64,000 nucleotides of DNA from the human T2T-CHM13v2.0 reference genome, Homo sapiens. This document shows positions 1 to 13,040 of the stretch, one piece after another. The translations under genes and the position numbers were made by a program. The notes under the pieces are model-generated. The model did no database searches and was not told the DNA's origin. It saw only the letters and a list, made by a program, of their open reading frames with translations. Where the stretch lies: assembly GCF_009914755.1 (NCBI RefSeq), contig NC_060927.1. One strand, written 5' to 3'. How positions within the stretch are numbered: the first letter of the stretch is position 1; each line of letters opens with the position of its first letter.

Positions 1-544
1 TTTTCAGAGAAAGTTCCCAAGTGCCCTCCAGCAGTGCTCCTATCTGCAGTGTCTATTAATTTGATGGTTAAAACATGATAGGTTATTATTTTTCATTTCT
101 GTTTTCAAAATTGACTTTTATAATTGTAACTTAAGGTTAAAACCTTACTTTTTTTTTTTATATTTCAACCTATAAATATAAGTTTTTCTGTAAATCCCTT
201 TGGGTCCTTTAAAATTACTCTGTCTTCTAAAAGAAACATTGTAACTCCAAGATGTATGCAGTTTGTAAGCCTATGTAGTTATAAGCCTCCTATGTCCTCA
301 TCCAGTTCATTGATAACAATGTTATAAACAGTTTGAGTCCAAATATAGAATCCTCACGCATGGTACTAGAAACAGTTACTCCACATTGATAAAGATCTTC
401 TAATAAATTAGAGTCTTGGGCAACTGTTTAGTCTGTTTTGAAACTACCTGATTGAGAGGTGATCCAGCCTATTGTTTTCTATTTTTTTCTACAAAAATTC
501 CATGAGACTATCAATTTTTTTTAAGAGATTTTATATTAATTGGT

Positions 545-778
545 ATGCATAGTGGTTATAAAAATAAGGCCTCTGCAAATAGAGAGTACTGGGTTTGAAT
601 CCTAGCCCCATAATTGACTAACCCCATAAACTTGGGCAGGTTGCTTTAACTTTGTATGCCCCAGTATCCTCATCTTTAAAATTCCAATAATATTTTTTCT
701 CATAACATTATTATGAGGATTAAATAAAAAATATGTAATTCTTGGCATAAAGTTGTGTTCAATGAGTGTTGGCTATTC
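545..778 (+). mobile_element. MIR SINE relic
   Basis: Core MIR motifs: gggtttgaatcctagc...ttgggcaggttgctt...cagtatcctcatct...gaggattaaat; ends approximate. Confidence 0.7.
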
Positions 779-2756
779 CTGTCAATAACTTTGGGTGTCC
801 AAATGTTACAGGTTAGTAATTTTAATAAAAAATTAAATTAAAATATGGCATGACCTTTTAATGAACTGATGATAGCTGTATCAGTGCTTCCTTTTATATG
901 ATCTCACAAATCATCTAAATAATAATTTTTAAAAGAATGTGTTCTACAGATTTTCTAGGAAATTACATGACTGTCTCCATTCTCTATTTTCTATACTCCT
1001 TGAGAAGCAAGATTTATTTTTCCATGTCATCCTTCTGTCATAGTCAGTGATCATATCTGTACTTCATCAGAAAATTCTGGGTTATAATTTGTCTAGGACT
1101 GAGGAGTTATAATTATTCATGTAAGACAGACATGTACACTTTCTTTCCATCTATCTTAGGCTTCAGTTGGCTCTTAGCTATGTTTACTATACCTTTTCCA
1201 GTTTAAGGATCATTCTCCTTGATAGAACTAAATAGGAATTGAGTAGTTCCACTTTCTCTGTCATTTGGTTCTATTCATTCAGCAAGCATTTATTGAACAG
1301 CTAAGTTTATGGCACTGCCATGAGTGCTTGAAGAAAGATGGCCCTGGGAACAGTACTTGTCTTCAGAAAGTACCAATATGAGTGTGAGTGTATGTGTGTT
1401 GGTGACAGTGTGTAGGGGGAATTGGTGAGTGTCAACAAAAGAGGGAGGGATCACAAAATTCCATTTACAACATTTCCCTTTGTTTTAAAATACCAAGATC
1501 ACTTTGTGTCTTTGCTTTACTATGTTATTTCATCAAGTGTGAGGACAAAATTATTGCTCTCAAATTTGTTTCCTGATTAATTACTATTACTGTAATTTTA
1601 TTTTTTTGTTGTCATTGTCATACATATTTTTTTCATCATCTGGAATTTTAATTTTACAGTCAAATTTGAGTATTAAATTACTTTGCTAGTATCTTGCTGG
1701 CTGTAATAGTCTCAGTCCACACCACTAGGCCTAAGTTGCCTCTCACTGTGGACTGAATCCCAAGTGTTGTTCAGAACCACATGTTGCACTTTGTAGAAAC
1801 ATGTCACAACCAGCTTTTTCTTTGCCATATTTGTGTTTATTGTGCAGTATCATTACGTTCAATGAGTAGGAGATACGAAAATATCACCTAGGTTATATTA
1901 TCCTATAATTTTCTATATATGACTTCGTAGATTTCTTCTGACAGAAGCATTTGTTGATGTGGTATAGTAAAGAGGGAATAATGTTTGGAAGAAGATAAAT
2001 TTGTGTTTAAACCCTGATACGTCTTCCAGTTACCAGTGTAATTTTTCCTGTTCCTTGAAAATCTTCAAACCAAAATTTTCATATTTGTAAGATGGGCTAA
2101 TAATACTTGTCTCAGTGAATGTTAGTTATCTCTTTTTTATCCCCAACTCCTCCCTGCCCTCCCTGCCAACCTGGATCAATAGACCTGGTTACTGTTTGAG
2201 GATTATTAAGTTTTGAAAACCTCTGTGACAATCATAGATGATCTGCTCCAAGAAAATACGACTTTTTGCTTAACTACATCAACCCTACAAAGGATCGTGT
2301 ATCTCCATACTCACTTTTCAGTGTCAAGAGCCACCATCACATTTTCATCTTCCTCTGGCTAATAATAGGAATCACCTGACCTTAAAAACTTCCTTCCTGT
2401 GAATGCCCCTTATTTTTCTATGTTAATGGAATTTGGTTTCAAACTTGAAAGACTTGCCTTTCCCTTTCATGATTACTGTTTACTTGTCAACCAGTTGTTC
2501 TTATTAAAAAGATATAATATGCCTAAACATATTTAAGAGTCTTATATATTAAATTCATAATCAAGAGATTGCCTTACCTATTGAGAATATGAAAGTTGGA
2601 AGGTCTTTTTTTTCATAGGGAGAGGAAGAGGAGAGAGATGGTGACAATATTGACTTTGGACTAAAAAATATATGTTCATTTGTTATGGATTTCACTATTT
2701 GATTAGATGTTATTTGAAATGAAGAATGTTTTCCTGATAAATTCGTATTTTGAGGC

Positions 2757-3085
2757 TGTATTAGTCCATTCTTGCGCTGCTATGAAGAAATACCCAGGAC
2801 TGGTTAATTTATAAAGAAAAGAGGTTTAACTGATTCACAGTTCTGTGTGGCTGGGGAGGCCTCAGGAAACTTATAATCATGGTGAAAGGCACCTCGTCAC
2901 AGGGTGGCAGGAGAGAGAATGAGTGCCAGCAGGGGAAATGCCAGATGCTTATGAAACCATCAGATCTTGTGAGAACTCACTCTGATTCAGTTACCTCTTA
3001 TGGGGTTCCTCCCATGACACGTGGGGATTATGGTATTACAATTCAAGATAAGATTTGGATGGGGTCACAAAGCCAAACCATATCA
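2757..3085 (-). mobile_element. THE1C/D-like solo MaLR LTR with small internal deletion
   Basis: TGTATTAGTCC...CCAAACCATATCA termini; 5-bp TSD GAGGC at 2752-2756 and 3086-3090. Confidence 0.9.
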
Positions 3086-5733
3086 GAGGCCAATATAAAA
3101 TAGCATCTCATCTTTTCACTATTCAGCTTAATGAAAATTACACATGCTCTCTAAATAATGCCTTACTGAATTTAACATATTTCTACTGAAAATTTCCTCA
3201 GGCCATCGATTCACAAATTTTGATGAACAAAGTTGAAATTAAGATTCCTTTGAAAACACTGAATGTAGTCATAATGTTTCGGAGTTTGAAATTTAGGGTC
3301 TCCAATTTTCATTTATGAATGAAACATTCTCATGTCATAATAGAGATGAGAGTTTTTCAATGAAGAACTAAGTATGTGTTAGTTAATGAAGAATGAGAAT
3401 TAAAGTATATTTTGTCAGTGTGATTTTTGTCATTACTGAAAGTGTAAACTAACCTTAACTATAAGGGGAGTTACTTGAAAATCAGTAATATTTACATAGT
3501 AATTGGTAAGAAGAGAGTTTATGAAATCTGTACTTTTTTGTTGTGTGTTTCTTGTAAAATTCTCCTGTTACCACTTAACTTTTCTCATTACTTGGAAGAA
3601 CCTTCCACCTTCTTGTGTTTAAAACGTCTTTCTTCTCATGGGGCTTTCTGTTAGCCTTGCCATAATTTAGTTCATTTTAGTAAATGCTTTTTGAGCTTAG
3701 TGTTAGACACTGTGCTAACCATGTGGGATATGCAGTATATTTAAATCTCAGAGCAGGTAAAGCAATTGAGAATTTTGTTATTAGAAAGAAATTATTAAGT
3801 GCCTAGCAGTTTATTCCATCATATTGGTGCAACACAGAGTGTTAACAGGCAAATTCTCTTGTTAGTCATTCTTAATCTGATATAGACATTGCCCTTAGGA
3901 TAGATAAGATGTGATTATATATAATAATATAAAGCTATTTTCAAGGAGACAACTCAGATTTGTGAGGAGGGAGATAATCTTTGATAAATGGTGTCTGGAA
4001 TTTTTCTTAGGCAGAAGAAAATCATTTAGATTCTTACCTAAATGATTAGAGAAAAATAGGTCCCAACTGGAAATAGTAAAATAAAAAATCAAGCCACTGG
4101 TAAATTAGAAAAAAAAATTGATATTACCAAATATATGGAAAGAAAAGGAATTTCAAAGTCTAAAAGAAAGGGAACCGGTCATTAAGGAAAAGATGAACTG
4201 ACTTGATTAAATAAAAATAATTCTTTACGTAAAATAATTAAAAGTGAAAGAAAAAACTATTTGTAGAAAACAAAATGGACAATACTGATGTTGCATCATA
4301 CTTAGAATACATTTCAGAGAAGATATTAGATTACTCAATGATTAAGATGTATAAGGGATGACCATAAAAATAATGAGTTTAATTTTATATAATTGTGTAA
4401 TTTTTTTTTTAGTTTCATAGAAATATATTCATAGGAACTAAAGTTAGAATAGTTTATGAAAACACTAAATTTCTAATTAATCTTGCAAACTGTAACGTGT
4501 AAGAATCACATACTCTGAAATTCCACCATTAATCAAGCACTCATTCATTCTGCAGATATTATTTGAAGATTTAATATATATCAGACACAGTAGTAACTGC
4601 TAAAATGATGACTGTGAATAATAAAAGAGCTTTTTCTCAAGGGATTCAAGTTTAGGAATAAAACACGACTTCTTCCTTTGTCCTCTTCGCTTCTTTTGGT
4701 GAGTCTAGTCCACCAATATATGGTGTGTCTGTCCATACAAAACACATTTAATGAGTTCCTAGAATGTATTGGGCCTTGTGGTAGTTGTGGGGATATTAAG
4801 AAAAAAAATGAAATTCTGTCATTAAGGAATTCAGTCAAGGAGATGAACAAAGGAAACTGTAGTTAAAAGATACAAGGGATAAGTGCCATTCAGAGAATAG
4901 ATATCTCTAGATTTATGAGGGGAAAACATAACACTGTATTAGATCTTAAAAATTAACACTAAAATATTAATGCATTTTATTCAAACTTTACATTCTAAAC
5001 ACAACTTAAAATGTTGTTGTTGTTTCCAAATGTAATATCTAATGAATGAAATAATCAGAGAATCAAATATTTGTGAGAATAACATCATAACTTGTCAAAG
5101 ACCCCATGAAAATTTATTAATGTGTAATCAGATTTTGCTAAATATCTGTCCTTGTAATTTGTTAATGGTTATTTAAAGGCTGAAAACAGAGCAGTAGTCT
5201 TTTTTTTTTTTTCATTTTGACGGACAGAATTGTTATTGATAGAATAAAGTGTTTGCAGGGGAGAGGAATAAACTATCAAAGAACTTTATAGATCAGTTAT
5301 GATATGTTCCTGTGTTGTGCTGTTATTTTTGTTTGACAGTGTTATTTATTTGTCCTGTGGTGTTTTACTCTTCTCGTTTTCAGCCTTCCTCTCTTTTCTT
5401 TAGTTTTCTAGTTAATTTGATCTCTCCTCTTATATTTCCTTATAGTGTCCAAATTTTTTCAATGCTTATTCAAATGGCTTATTCATTTTTGCACTTAAAA
5501 TAATTTTTCCTAAGTATATGTAAATACTCAGAAATAGGTACAATTCTTACAGTACACTTGTGTGCTATATAAACTTTGAAATACTGTATACATCTTTCAT
5601 GTTATAGAAATGCTAAGGTTAATTTTTAAATGATAGCTAAAAATGCTCAGAAATGGATTAATTCTAATAAAGTCCCTACCTACCCGTCAGTGTCGATGTT
5701 TATCCATTACATTTATTTTTTCTTTCTTATCAG

Positions 5734-5900
5734 AGGATATGTAGTTATGCATTGGCTTAAGTGATTTCAGGCACTATATCCAATTGAACTTTTGTGCAAC
5801 AAATCAAAGTATTTTAAATGAGAATTTCTGAGGACTTATGGAGAAAACTCTAAATATCTAAGGGAAGTGCGAAAGATTCAGGGACTAGACATTTTTTGAG
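5734..5900 (+). other. Candidate non-coding exon
   Basis: Acceptor tttttctttcttatcag|, donor GAG|gtaggt; stops in all three frames; no repeat recognised here. Confidence 0.35.
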
Positions 5901-5981
5901 GTAGGTCTCTAAATGTTTCCTGTTGAAATTGACCCCTAATGACTTGTAATTACTATTAAAATCTATGAAAATTAAAGAAAA

Positions 5982-6049
5982 GCCAGGTGAGATCGCACCA
6001 TTGCACTCCAGCCTGGGCAACAAGTGTGAAACTCTGTCTCAAAAAAAAA
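5982..6049 (+). mobile_element. Very short Alu (3' end, AluSp/Sq-like)
   Basis: gagatcgcaccattgcactccagcctgggcaacaag...ctgtctc(A)n; TSD GAAAATTAAAG at 5967-5977 and 6050-6060. Confidence 0.85.
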
Positions 6050-7650
6050 GAAAATTAAAGGAAAAAAATAAACAGAAAAATCATCTATACACATTAGATT
6101 TGTTTTGAAATGTGCATAAAATCTTGAATTTATGAAATAGTTTTCCTTGTGACCATTTTGTCCTATAACTAGAGTTTAGGCCAAATATCATTTGCTATAG
6201 AGCTAGGGTTAGAATCTCATTCTTATGATTCCTAGTCCTGAGTTCTTTCCACACTTTTATCCAATTCTGTTTTTAATAGTATGAAAGCATAAAACTGGAT
6301 GGAATAAAACCACGTGGCAGAGGTAGGAAATGAAAATAAAATCCATACCTAACATATGCATCCCAGTGGAGCTTGTGTAGGAACTTTGAGTCACTTTAAA
6401 CAGCCACTTGCTATAGGTGTACACTTAGAGACTGACAACTTAGAATCACAAAACATCATGTTGGGTGAAAGTAAGGGGCAGTGATTTGCATTAAGTTGCT
6501 GCCTAAATTGGTTAATTGGCGTTCTACAGAACTCCCTTGTTTAATTTGTTTTTGAAATAATAACACACCATTAAAAATCATGCTTCTGGAGTAGGAATTT
6601 GCATGCTGTAGCTTAGCTGTTCAGTTCTTATTATCAGGAATAAATCTGCAAGTGCCCTAGGGCAAAAATTACCCACACATAGATTTCCTCTGGGGAAGGA
6701 TTAAAACTGGGAAGTCAGTGAGTTAAGCAGAATTAGCTTCTTGGTTTACAGATATCATACATAGGTGAATAATTGTCCTAAGCAACTATACAAGTACTAT
6801 TCTTTCAATGTTAGCCATGAGTATTTCTATGGGAACTGTTAACAACTGTAGTGCAAAGAGTGAAAACAAAAAGTTGTTTCATAGATTAATGGAGAAAAGT
6901 CATTGGTTGTATCCATGAAGGAAGAGTATAATAGGGAATTGAGTGGCACTACATTTAGTCAAAAAGAAAAATACCAATACTCAGTTGTTGGTTTTTTAAG
7001 GTAACATATGGCTTATCATTTTCCATTTTACGTGTGATCCAATTATGATACAAAATTTAAAATTACTTTTAACAATATATTTTACAAATACTGACTGGTT
7101 GTGTTTTTAGAAACTTACGACTGATTTAGAAGGAAATATTTGTCTCATATTTTGGTTGTATCTTCTGCTATGTTTTTGTTTATAGGAATATATAGTTGTA
7201 AGATTTATGGTAGTTTAAATTTACCATCTAGATAACAAGACTTTCACCTAGTGACAGCCTCTAACAATGTTTCTGAGAGTTTAAGAATTACAAGACAGTG
7301 CTATCTTACATATTGTGCAAATACACAAATACCTAGAAACTATTTGCTATTTATATGCATGATGTATATATAGATAAAATAATGTTTATGATATAACTTG
7401 TTTAAACTATGGAAAATGAGTCAGTATTAGAAATCAGATTTAATTTTGGAATTTCTCCCCCTAATTCTATAAAAATATAGTACTCATTGATAGCCTCAAT
7501 AGAATATATTAACAGATATGTACTAGATATCAGTTGGAAAATATATTCAATGGCAGTATTTATGGGTAATTAACAATGAATATATTTTTCTATATTTTAA
7601 AACATATTTTGATATTTTTTACCTAGATACCATGTTTTTTGTATGTCCAG

Positions 7651-7951
7651 TTTTTGTTTTGTTTTGTTTTTTGAGACAGAACCTTGTTCTGTCACCCAGG
7701 CTAGAGTGCAGTGGCAGGATCTTGGCTCACTTCAATCTCTGCCTTCTCTGCTCAAGTGATTCTTGTGCCTCAGCCTCCTGAGAAACTGGGATTACAAGTT
7801 TGTGCCACCACACCCAGCTAATTTGTGTTTTAGTAGAGACAAGGTTTTGCCATGCTGGCTAGGCTGGTCTTGAACTCCTGACCTCAAGCAATCCACCTGC
7901 CTCAACCTCCCAAAGTGTTGGGATCACAGGCGTGAGCCACCATGCCCAGCC
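7651..7951 (-). mobile_element. Full-length old Alu (AluJb/Sz-like)
   Basis: Two-arm Alu in reverse; tail (TTTTG)n; heavy CpG decay. Confidence 0.9.
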
Positions 7952-8234
7952 TCAAATTCTTTATGTACTGCGTTCCTCAGCTTTCCAGGCTTTACTGCCT
8001 TACATACTCTCTACACTTGTACTGAAAAATATTTTATAAAGATATTTATACTAAGATGAAACAAATTTATGATACATTTCGTCATCTTATAGTCATATTT
8101 TGAATGCTCATACATGTGGGGTGATAGAAGTATTGAGATAGTACAAAGTTGACTAAGATTTAATCGAAGTTTAATGTTTTATTCCCTCCTAGCCTCAACT
8201 CTAAATGAATGACTAATTCTCAAACATTTTGACA

Positions 8235-8460
8235 ATAATATTTACTGAGTACTTAATTTGAGTCAAGTAATATGCTAAGTATTATCCTATTTATTCACTA
8301 AAATAGGGTTATAAGAGAACATCATTATCACTATTTTTCATATAAGAAAACTGAAGCTTAGGGGGTTGAGTACATTTACTGAAGATCTCATAAATGAGCT
8401 TGAAAGTCAGAATTTGGCCAGGCAGTTTGACTCTATAATCCATACCTCTTATCCATTATG
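8235..8460 (-). mobile_element. MIR relic
   Basis: tttactgagtactt...ataagaaaactgaagcttaggggg...ggcagtttgactct; ends approximate. Confidence 0.6.
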
Positions 8461-10319
8461 CACAACAGCTTTAGAAAATCTTTTTGAGGGGCAGGCGGGT
8501 GCAGGTTGGGGATAAGGATGGTCTATCTAACACTTCCTAAATGCCTCATTAAGTCTACTGACTAGTATATGCGATTGTATTTTCTAGCATAAAGTTATTT
8601 AGTTCTAGTAACCAAGTGTAAGCTAGCTGGTTCCTTTCTTTCCGGCTCTGTAGATTATGGTGGTTAAACAGTTTTTCCATTAACTGCCTACTATGTGTTT
8701 ACCTTTGTGTTATTTATTGTGGAAGATATAGGTATGTAGAAGAATCAGGTGTTTTTTTTTCTCAAATAGTTTATAAAATTAAAAACGATGAAACATGATA
8801 GTACATTGGTGAATTATCTTGAGAATGGTTTATCTTGGGAATGGTGAATTATCTTGGGAATCAAAGAAGTTTATGACAGAATTTTTAAAAATGACATTTT
8901 AATAGAATGAGATAAGACATGGTAATATGTGAGTTTTGAAAAGAAATTCACTCACTAATTAATTTTTGTAACAACATAAAACCAGTTAGTAAAGAACTGA
9001 GTCTAAATAGAAATAAAGGCGTGTGGCTTGCCTTTACAGATTTAGGGTTTATTGTTTCTTCCTATTCTTCACCTAAAAAATAGCAAGGAAGAGAGGATGA
9101 GAGAATGAGGTCCAAGGTAAGGGAGAAACAAGCAAACGCTAAACAGAGCCTCTGCCATTGAAAAATACATTTGTCTGCCTGAGCATGAAGTGATATCAGA
9201 GAAGACTCCTCATGGGAGTTGGTGGTAGAAATCTGCTGTAGAATTGCCTTGATGTGCGTTTCTTGAGACCATTATGTTGAGTATAGCTATGAATTGGGAT
9301 ATCAATAGACAGATATTTAGCTTTAAGTGGCAGTTCTTTTTCACTCTTGGAATGGTCCCACCCTACCCACCTGCTTCAAAAGGCTACTCTTTCTTCCTTT
9401 TTCTGTTTTTTTGGTGTCCCTGCCTTTATAGAAGCTTTTATTTAATACTATATATGATTTTACTCTAGGAATATGTACATCTCCAAAATATACTTAGAAT
9501 ATATTTATGTTAGTATCCCCTGTCATCTCTGATGGTTTCTCACATCTCTCTCCACTATCACCTTACATTTTTATTAATCATATACATTCTTAATATGTTA
9601 TTCCTTACTCTTCACAGTTAATAATCTAAACCTATTATCAGCTAAGAAAATGTGGATTGTTGATAGTAAAAGTGAGAGGAGCAAACAGAATTTTTATAGT
9701 GGGGCTTTACATGGTGGTAGAATAGAAGAGGTTCCAGTTAGGTATCAGGATTGTGAGAGCCAGGCAATTCCAACTAAAGTAGATGCCCATTATTTGAATC
9801 TTGAAGTTGAGTAGATAAGGACTCCTTGTACATACAGGTCCGACAGGTCATAAATTAATGCCAGAAGGAGGTCAGGGTCTGAGATGGGCAGATAGGAGAG
9901 TCAATATTGATCATCAGCTATAAGGACACTAGAAGATGATACCAATCCTGGGTCCAGATTATTCTCCAGCCAGTGAGCCTATAAGAAAATCAGTTAATTA
10001 ATTACAACTTGTTTGGAGATTGACTTATCGCATAAAATTGAAGGTAGATTCTGGCTAGCATGAGCAAAAGGCAGATAGAAGGAAGAGATTATAGGGAAGT
10101 TTAGTAGGTAAACTTGGCTGGAGTGGAGAAATGGTGTTCAGGAGTAGAGGAGTGCAATAGCATTAGCACTATAATTCTAACTGCTAGAGATAATTGGATG
10201 TTAAGATTCTTGGATAGGTAATGTGAAGCCGCCATATATTCCTGAGGTGAGAAAGAGTAACATGAGGGGCATTCATAAAGGTGAATAAGAGTGAAGACAT
10301 CCTAAGCCAACTTGGAGGT

Positions 10320-11380
10320 TGTGTCACATATGGTTCTAAGTTGCAAGCAACAGAAATCACTTCTGACTGATTTAAGGGGAAGAGTGTTTACATAAGAAAT
10401 GCTAGATAGCTCACAAAATTGCCACGAGGTTTAGAGGCAACAGATTCAAGTCTACACAGCCAAATTACACTACCTAAATGGACTGTGGAAGATACCACTG
10501 CCATTGATGCCTGCGTTGGGGGCCCCTAAGACCACACCCAGTTTTGATGACTTGCTAGGAGGAATTACAGGACTCAACATATAGTTGTATTCATGGCTAT
10601 GATTTATTATAGTGGAAGGATACCAAACAAAATCAGCAAAGGGAAAAGGTACATGGAACAATGATTGGGAGAAACCCAGTGCAAGTTTCCAAGAGTCTTC
10701 CACTAGTGAAGTCACAGATGGTGCTTTTAATTTCTCTTATAATGAGTTTTGACAATAGAGGTGAAATGTTATCTACCAAGGAAGATCATTAGAGACTCAG
10801 TACCCAGGTTTTTATTGGGGGCTGGTCATGTCAGCATCCTCTGGCCAGGTGCATCCCAAAATTCCAGACTCTTAGAAGGAAAACGGGTATTTAGCATAAA
10901 TTATGTTGTGTGTACACACAATGTAGGTACAGTGAGTTATTAGGGAATGGGGGAACCCTTCCAAGATCTGTGTTCCTAGATACCAGCCAAGGTCTGACTT
11001 CATAGGCAGACCTTTTTAAGGGTATCAGTCTCATACCTGCTATATTAACTCTTTTCTGTCCAACACCTAATGCAGTTCTTATTCTGTGAACACAGATGGC
11101 ATTGCTGCTGTTACCCCAGAAACTTTATTTCCTGACCTCTCTGCTGCCAACAGTGTTCCTGGTTGGGCCCCCTAATTCTGGGAAAATGTGTCTGATTGAT
11201 GAAGCTTAGGTTATGTGCCACACCCTTACTGCAGAAAGGCCCAGCAAGTGAGTTCCTGACATTTTCGGCTTGAGAAAAAGGTGAATTCTGCTCTCGCCAA
11301 GACTCATGAGAGAAGAGTTTCCTAATCAGAGGAAGGGGGTTCAGGTGCTGAGCACTGAAAATATTATGAATGCCCACTGC
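10320..11380. mobile_element. Old MLT1-family LTR split by a MER21 insertion
   Basis: gttgcaagcaacagaaatcac...ctcaca on the left; tctgattg...gcttaggttatgtgcc...gcccactgca on the right; ends approximate. Confidence 0.5.
10512..11062 (-). mobile_element. MER21-family LTR
   Basis: gggggcccctaagaccac...caaaatcagcaaagggaaaagg...ctgctatattaactcttttctg; flanks ATGCC/ACACC fit a CpG-decayed ACGCC TSD. Confidence 0.8.
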
Positions 11381-12116
11381 AGAGGCTCTTGCTGCTGCAC
11401 AGTTAGAAAGAAGTAAAGTACTGCTTCATTTTACTTTTAATTATTGATGCTAAAGAACTTAATTCAAGCATAATATGAACATGTTCCTTATTGAGCCAGC
11501 AGTCCAGATCTGGTTTATAGATTTTTGTTTCATTTTTCCAGTATTTAAAACACAAACAAAACTGGATTTAAAGTCTTGAACTAGCACATGCACTGTTCAT
11601 TTCACCACTCTCCCCTCCCAACCCCTCTGTCTTATTCCTTTTGCCAAGAGCTTCATAGATACCACAGCTCCATCTGGCCCTGGATATATTTGAATTGATT
11701 ATCCTTTGACTAAACCAATCATTTTCAACTTTGATTGTCTGAGACATATGTGACATATAACACTCATATATGGAACACATGTTCATGCTCGCCTTCAGAT
11801 TAATGGCTGTAGCATTATAAGATAAGCTTTGTGTTATGCTAGTCATATCACTACCTCTTTCTTTCCCACTCAAGAAATCATAAGGCGTGATCAAGAGTGA
11901 TGTGTTAAAGTGATAATTTGTCAACCATTTAAAATATTTGTGCTTTATTATTAGCAACATTAGATTGTGTTACTCCTTGTGACTGGTGGAGATACATCCA
12001 GTGTTTCTCCAACCCCTCCTTGAGTAAAAACAACTGGTCTGACTTTAGGCCACAGTTACCAGTTACCCTGGTAACTAAGGGTAGAAGGTTAGTGGCAATG
12101 AAAATAATTATATATG

Positions 12117-12508
12117 TGTATTAGTCCATTTTAACAATGCTATGAAGAAATACCCAACACGGGGTAACTTACAAAGGAAAGAGGCTTAATTGACTCACAG
12201 TTCCACATTGCTAGGGAGGCCTCAGGAAACTTACAATCATGGTGAAAGGTGAAGAGTAGCAAGTCACCTTCTTCACAAGGTGACAGGAAGGAGAAGTGCT
12301 GAGTGAAGGGGGAAAGAGTCCCTTATAAGACCATCACATCTCGTGAGAATTCACTATTATGAGAACAGCATGGGGAAACCACTCCCAGGATTCAGTTACC
12401 TCCATCTGTTCTCTCCCTTGACACATGAGGATTATGGGGATTATGGGGATTATGAGGTTTACAATTCAAGATGAGATTTGGATGGGGACACAAAGCCTAA
12501 CCATATCA
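12117..12508 (-). mobile_element. THE1D-like solo LTR
   Basis: TGTATTAGTCC...CCTAACCATATCA; gaggcctcaggaaacttacaatcatgg; expanded ggattatgg repeats. Confidence 0.88.
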
Positions 12509-13040
12509 TTGTGCAAAGTAAGTATCCCTTAAATATAAAATCACAAAAGTAAGGAATAAAGTATAATCAGAATGTAAAGTAACTTCCAGATAACTAAGGA
12601 TCAGCCTTCTTTGGCAGCCTCAACCATCTGAAATAATGTAAATCTTAACTCGAATACTTAAGTTGGAATTTAAAAAGGAGAATGAGGAGAAAAGTGAATG
12701 AAGCAAAAGGCTCTGAGCAAAAAATACATGAAAATAGATGGACTGATTTGTTCATCAAAAGACAAGAAGCACTTTCTGTTTAGGCAGAGGCTATAAAAGC
12801 CCAGGTGTAGTAGTATAAAAGCAAAAAATATCAGTAAAAATAATAGGACAAGAAGGTACCTGAGACTAGAAAAAAACAATAAAGACATTTTTGGTAATAG
12901 AGCTATGTACCTCAGAGATAATAGCCAGTAGAACAGGCTACAGATGTTTGGCATGGCATGATTTCTCTGAGCCTCAGTTTTCTATTCTTACAAAGAGAGT
13001 AACGATTGTCACAGACTGCAAAGAGAAAAATACATGAGAT

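Noticed and set aside
8806-8861. Imperfect ~19-bp triplication tggtgaattatcttgggaa
   Set aside because: Ordinary slippage duplication with no functional cue
11568-11960. 130-aa minus-strand ORF in non-repeat DNA
   Set aside because: No recognisable domain or supporting splice sites; length compatible with chance
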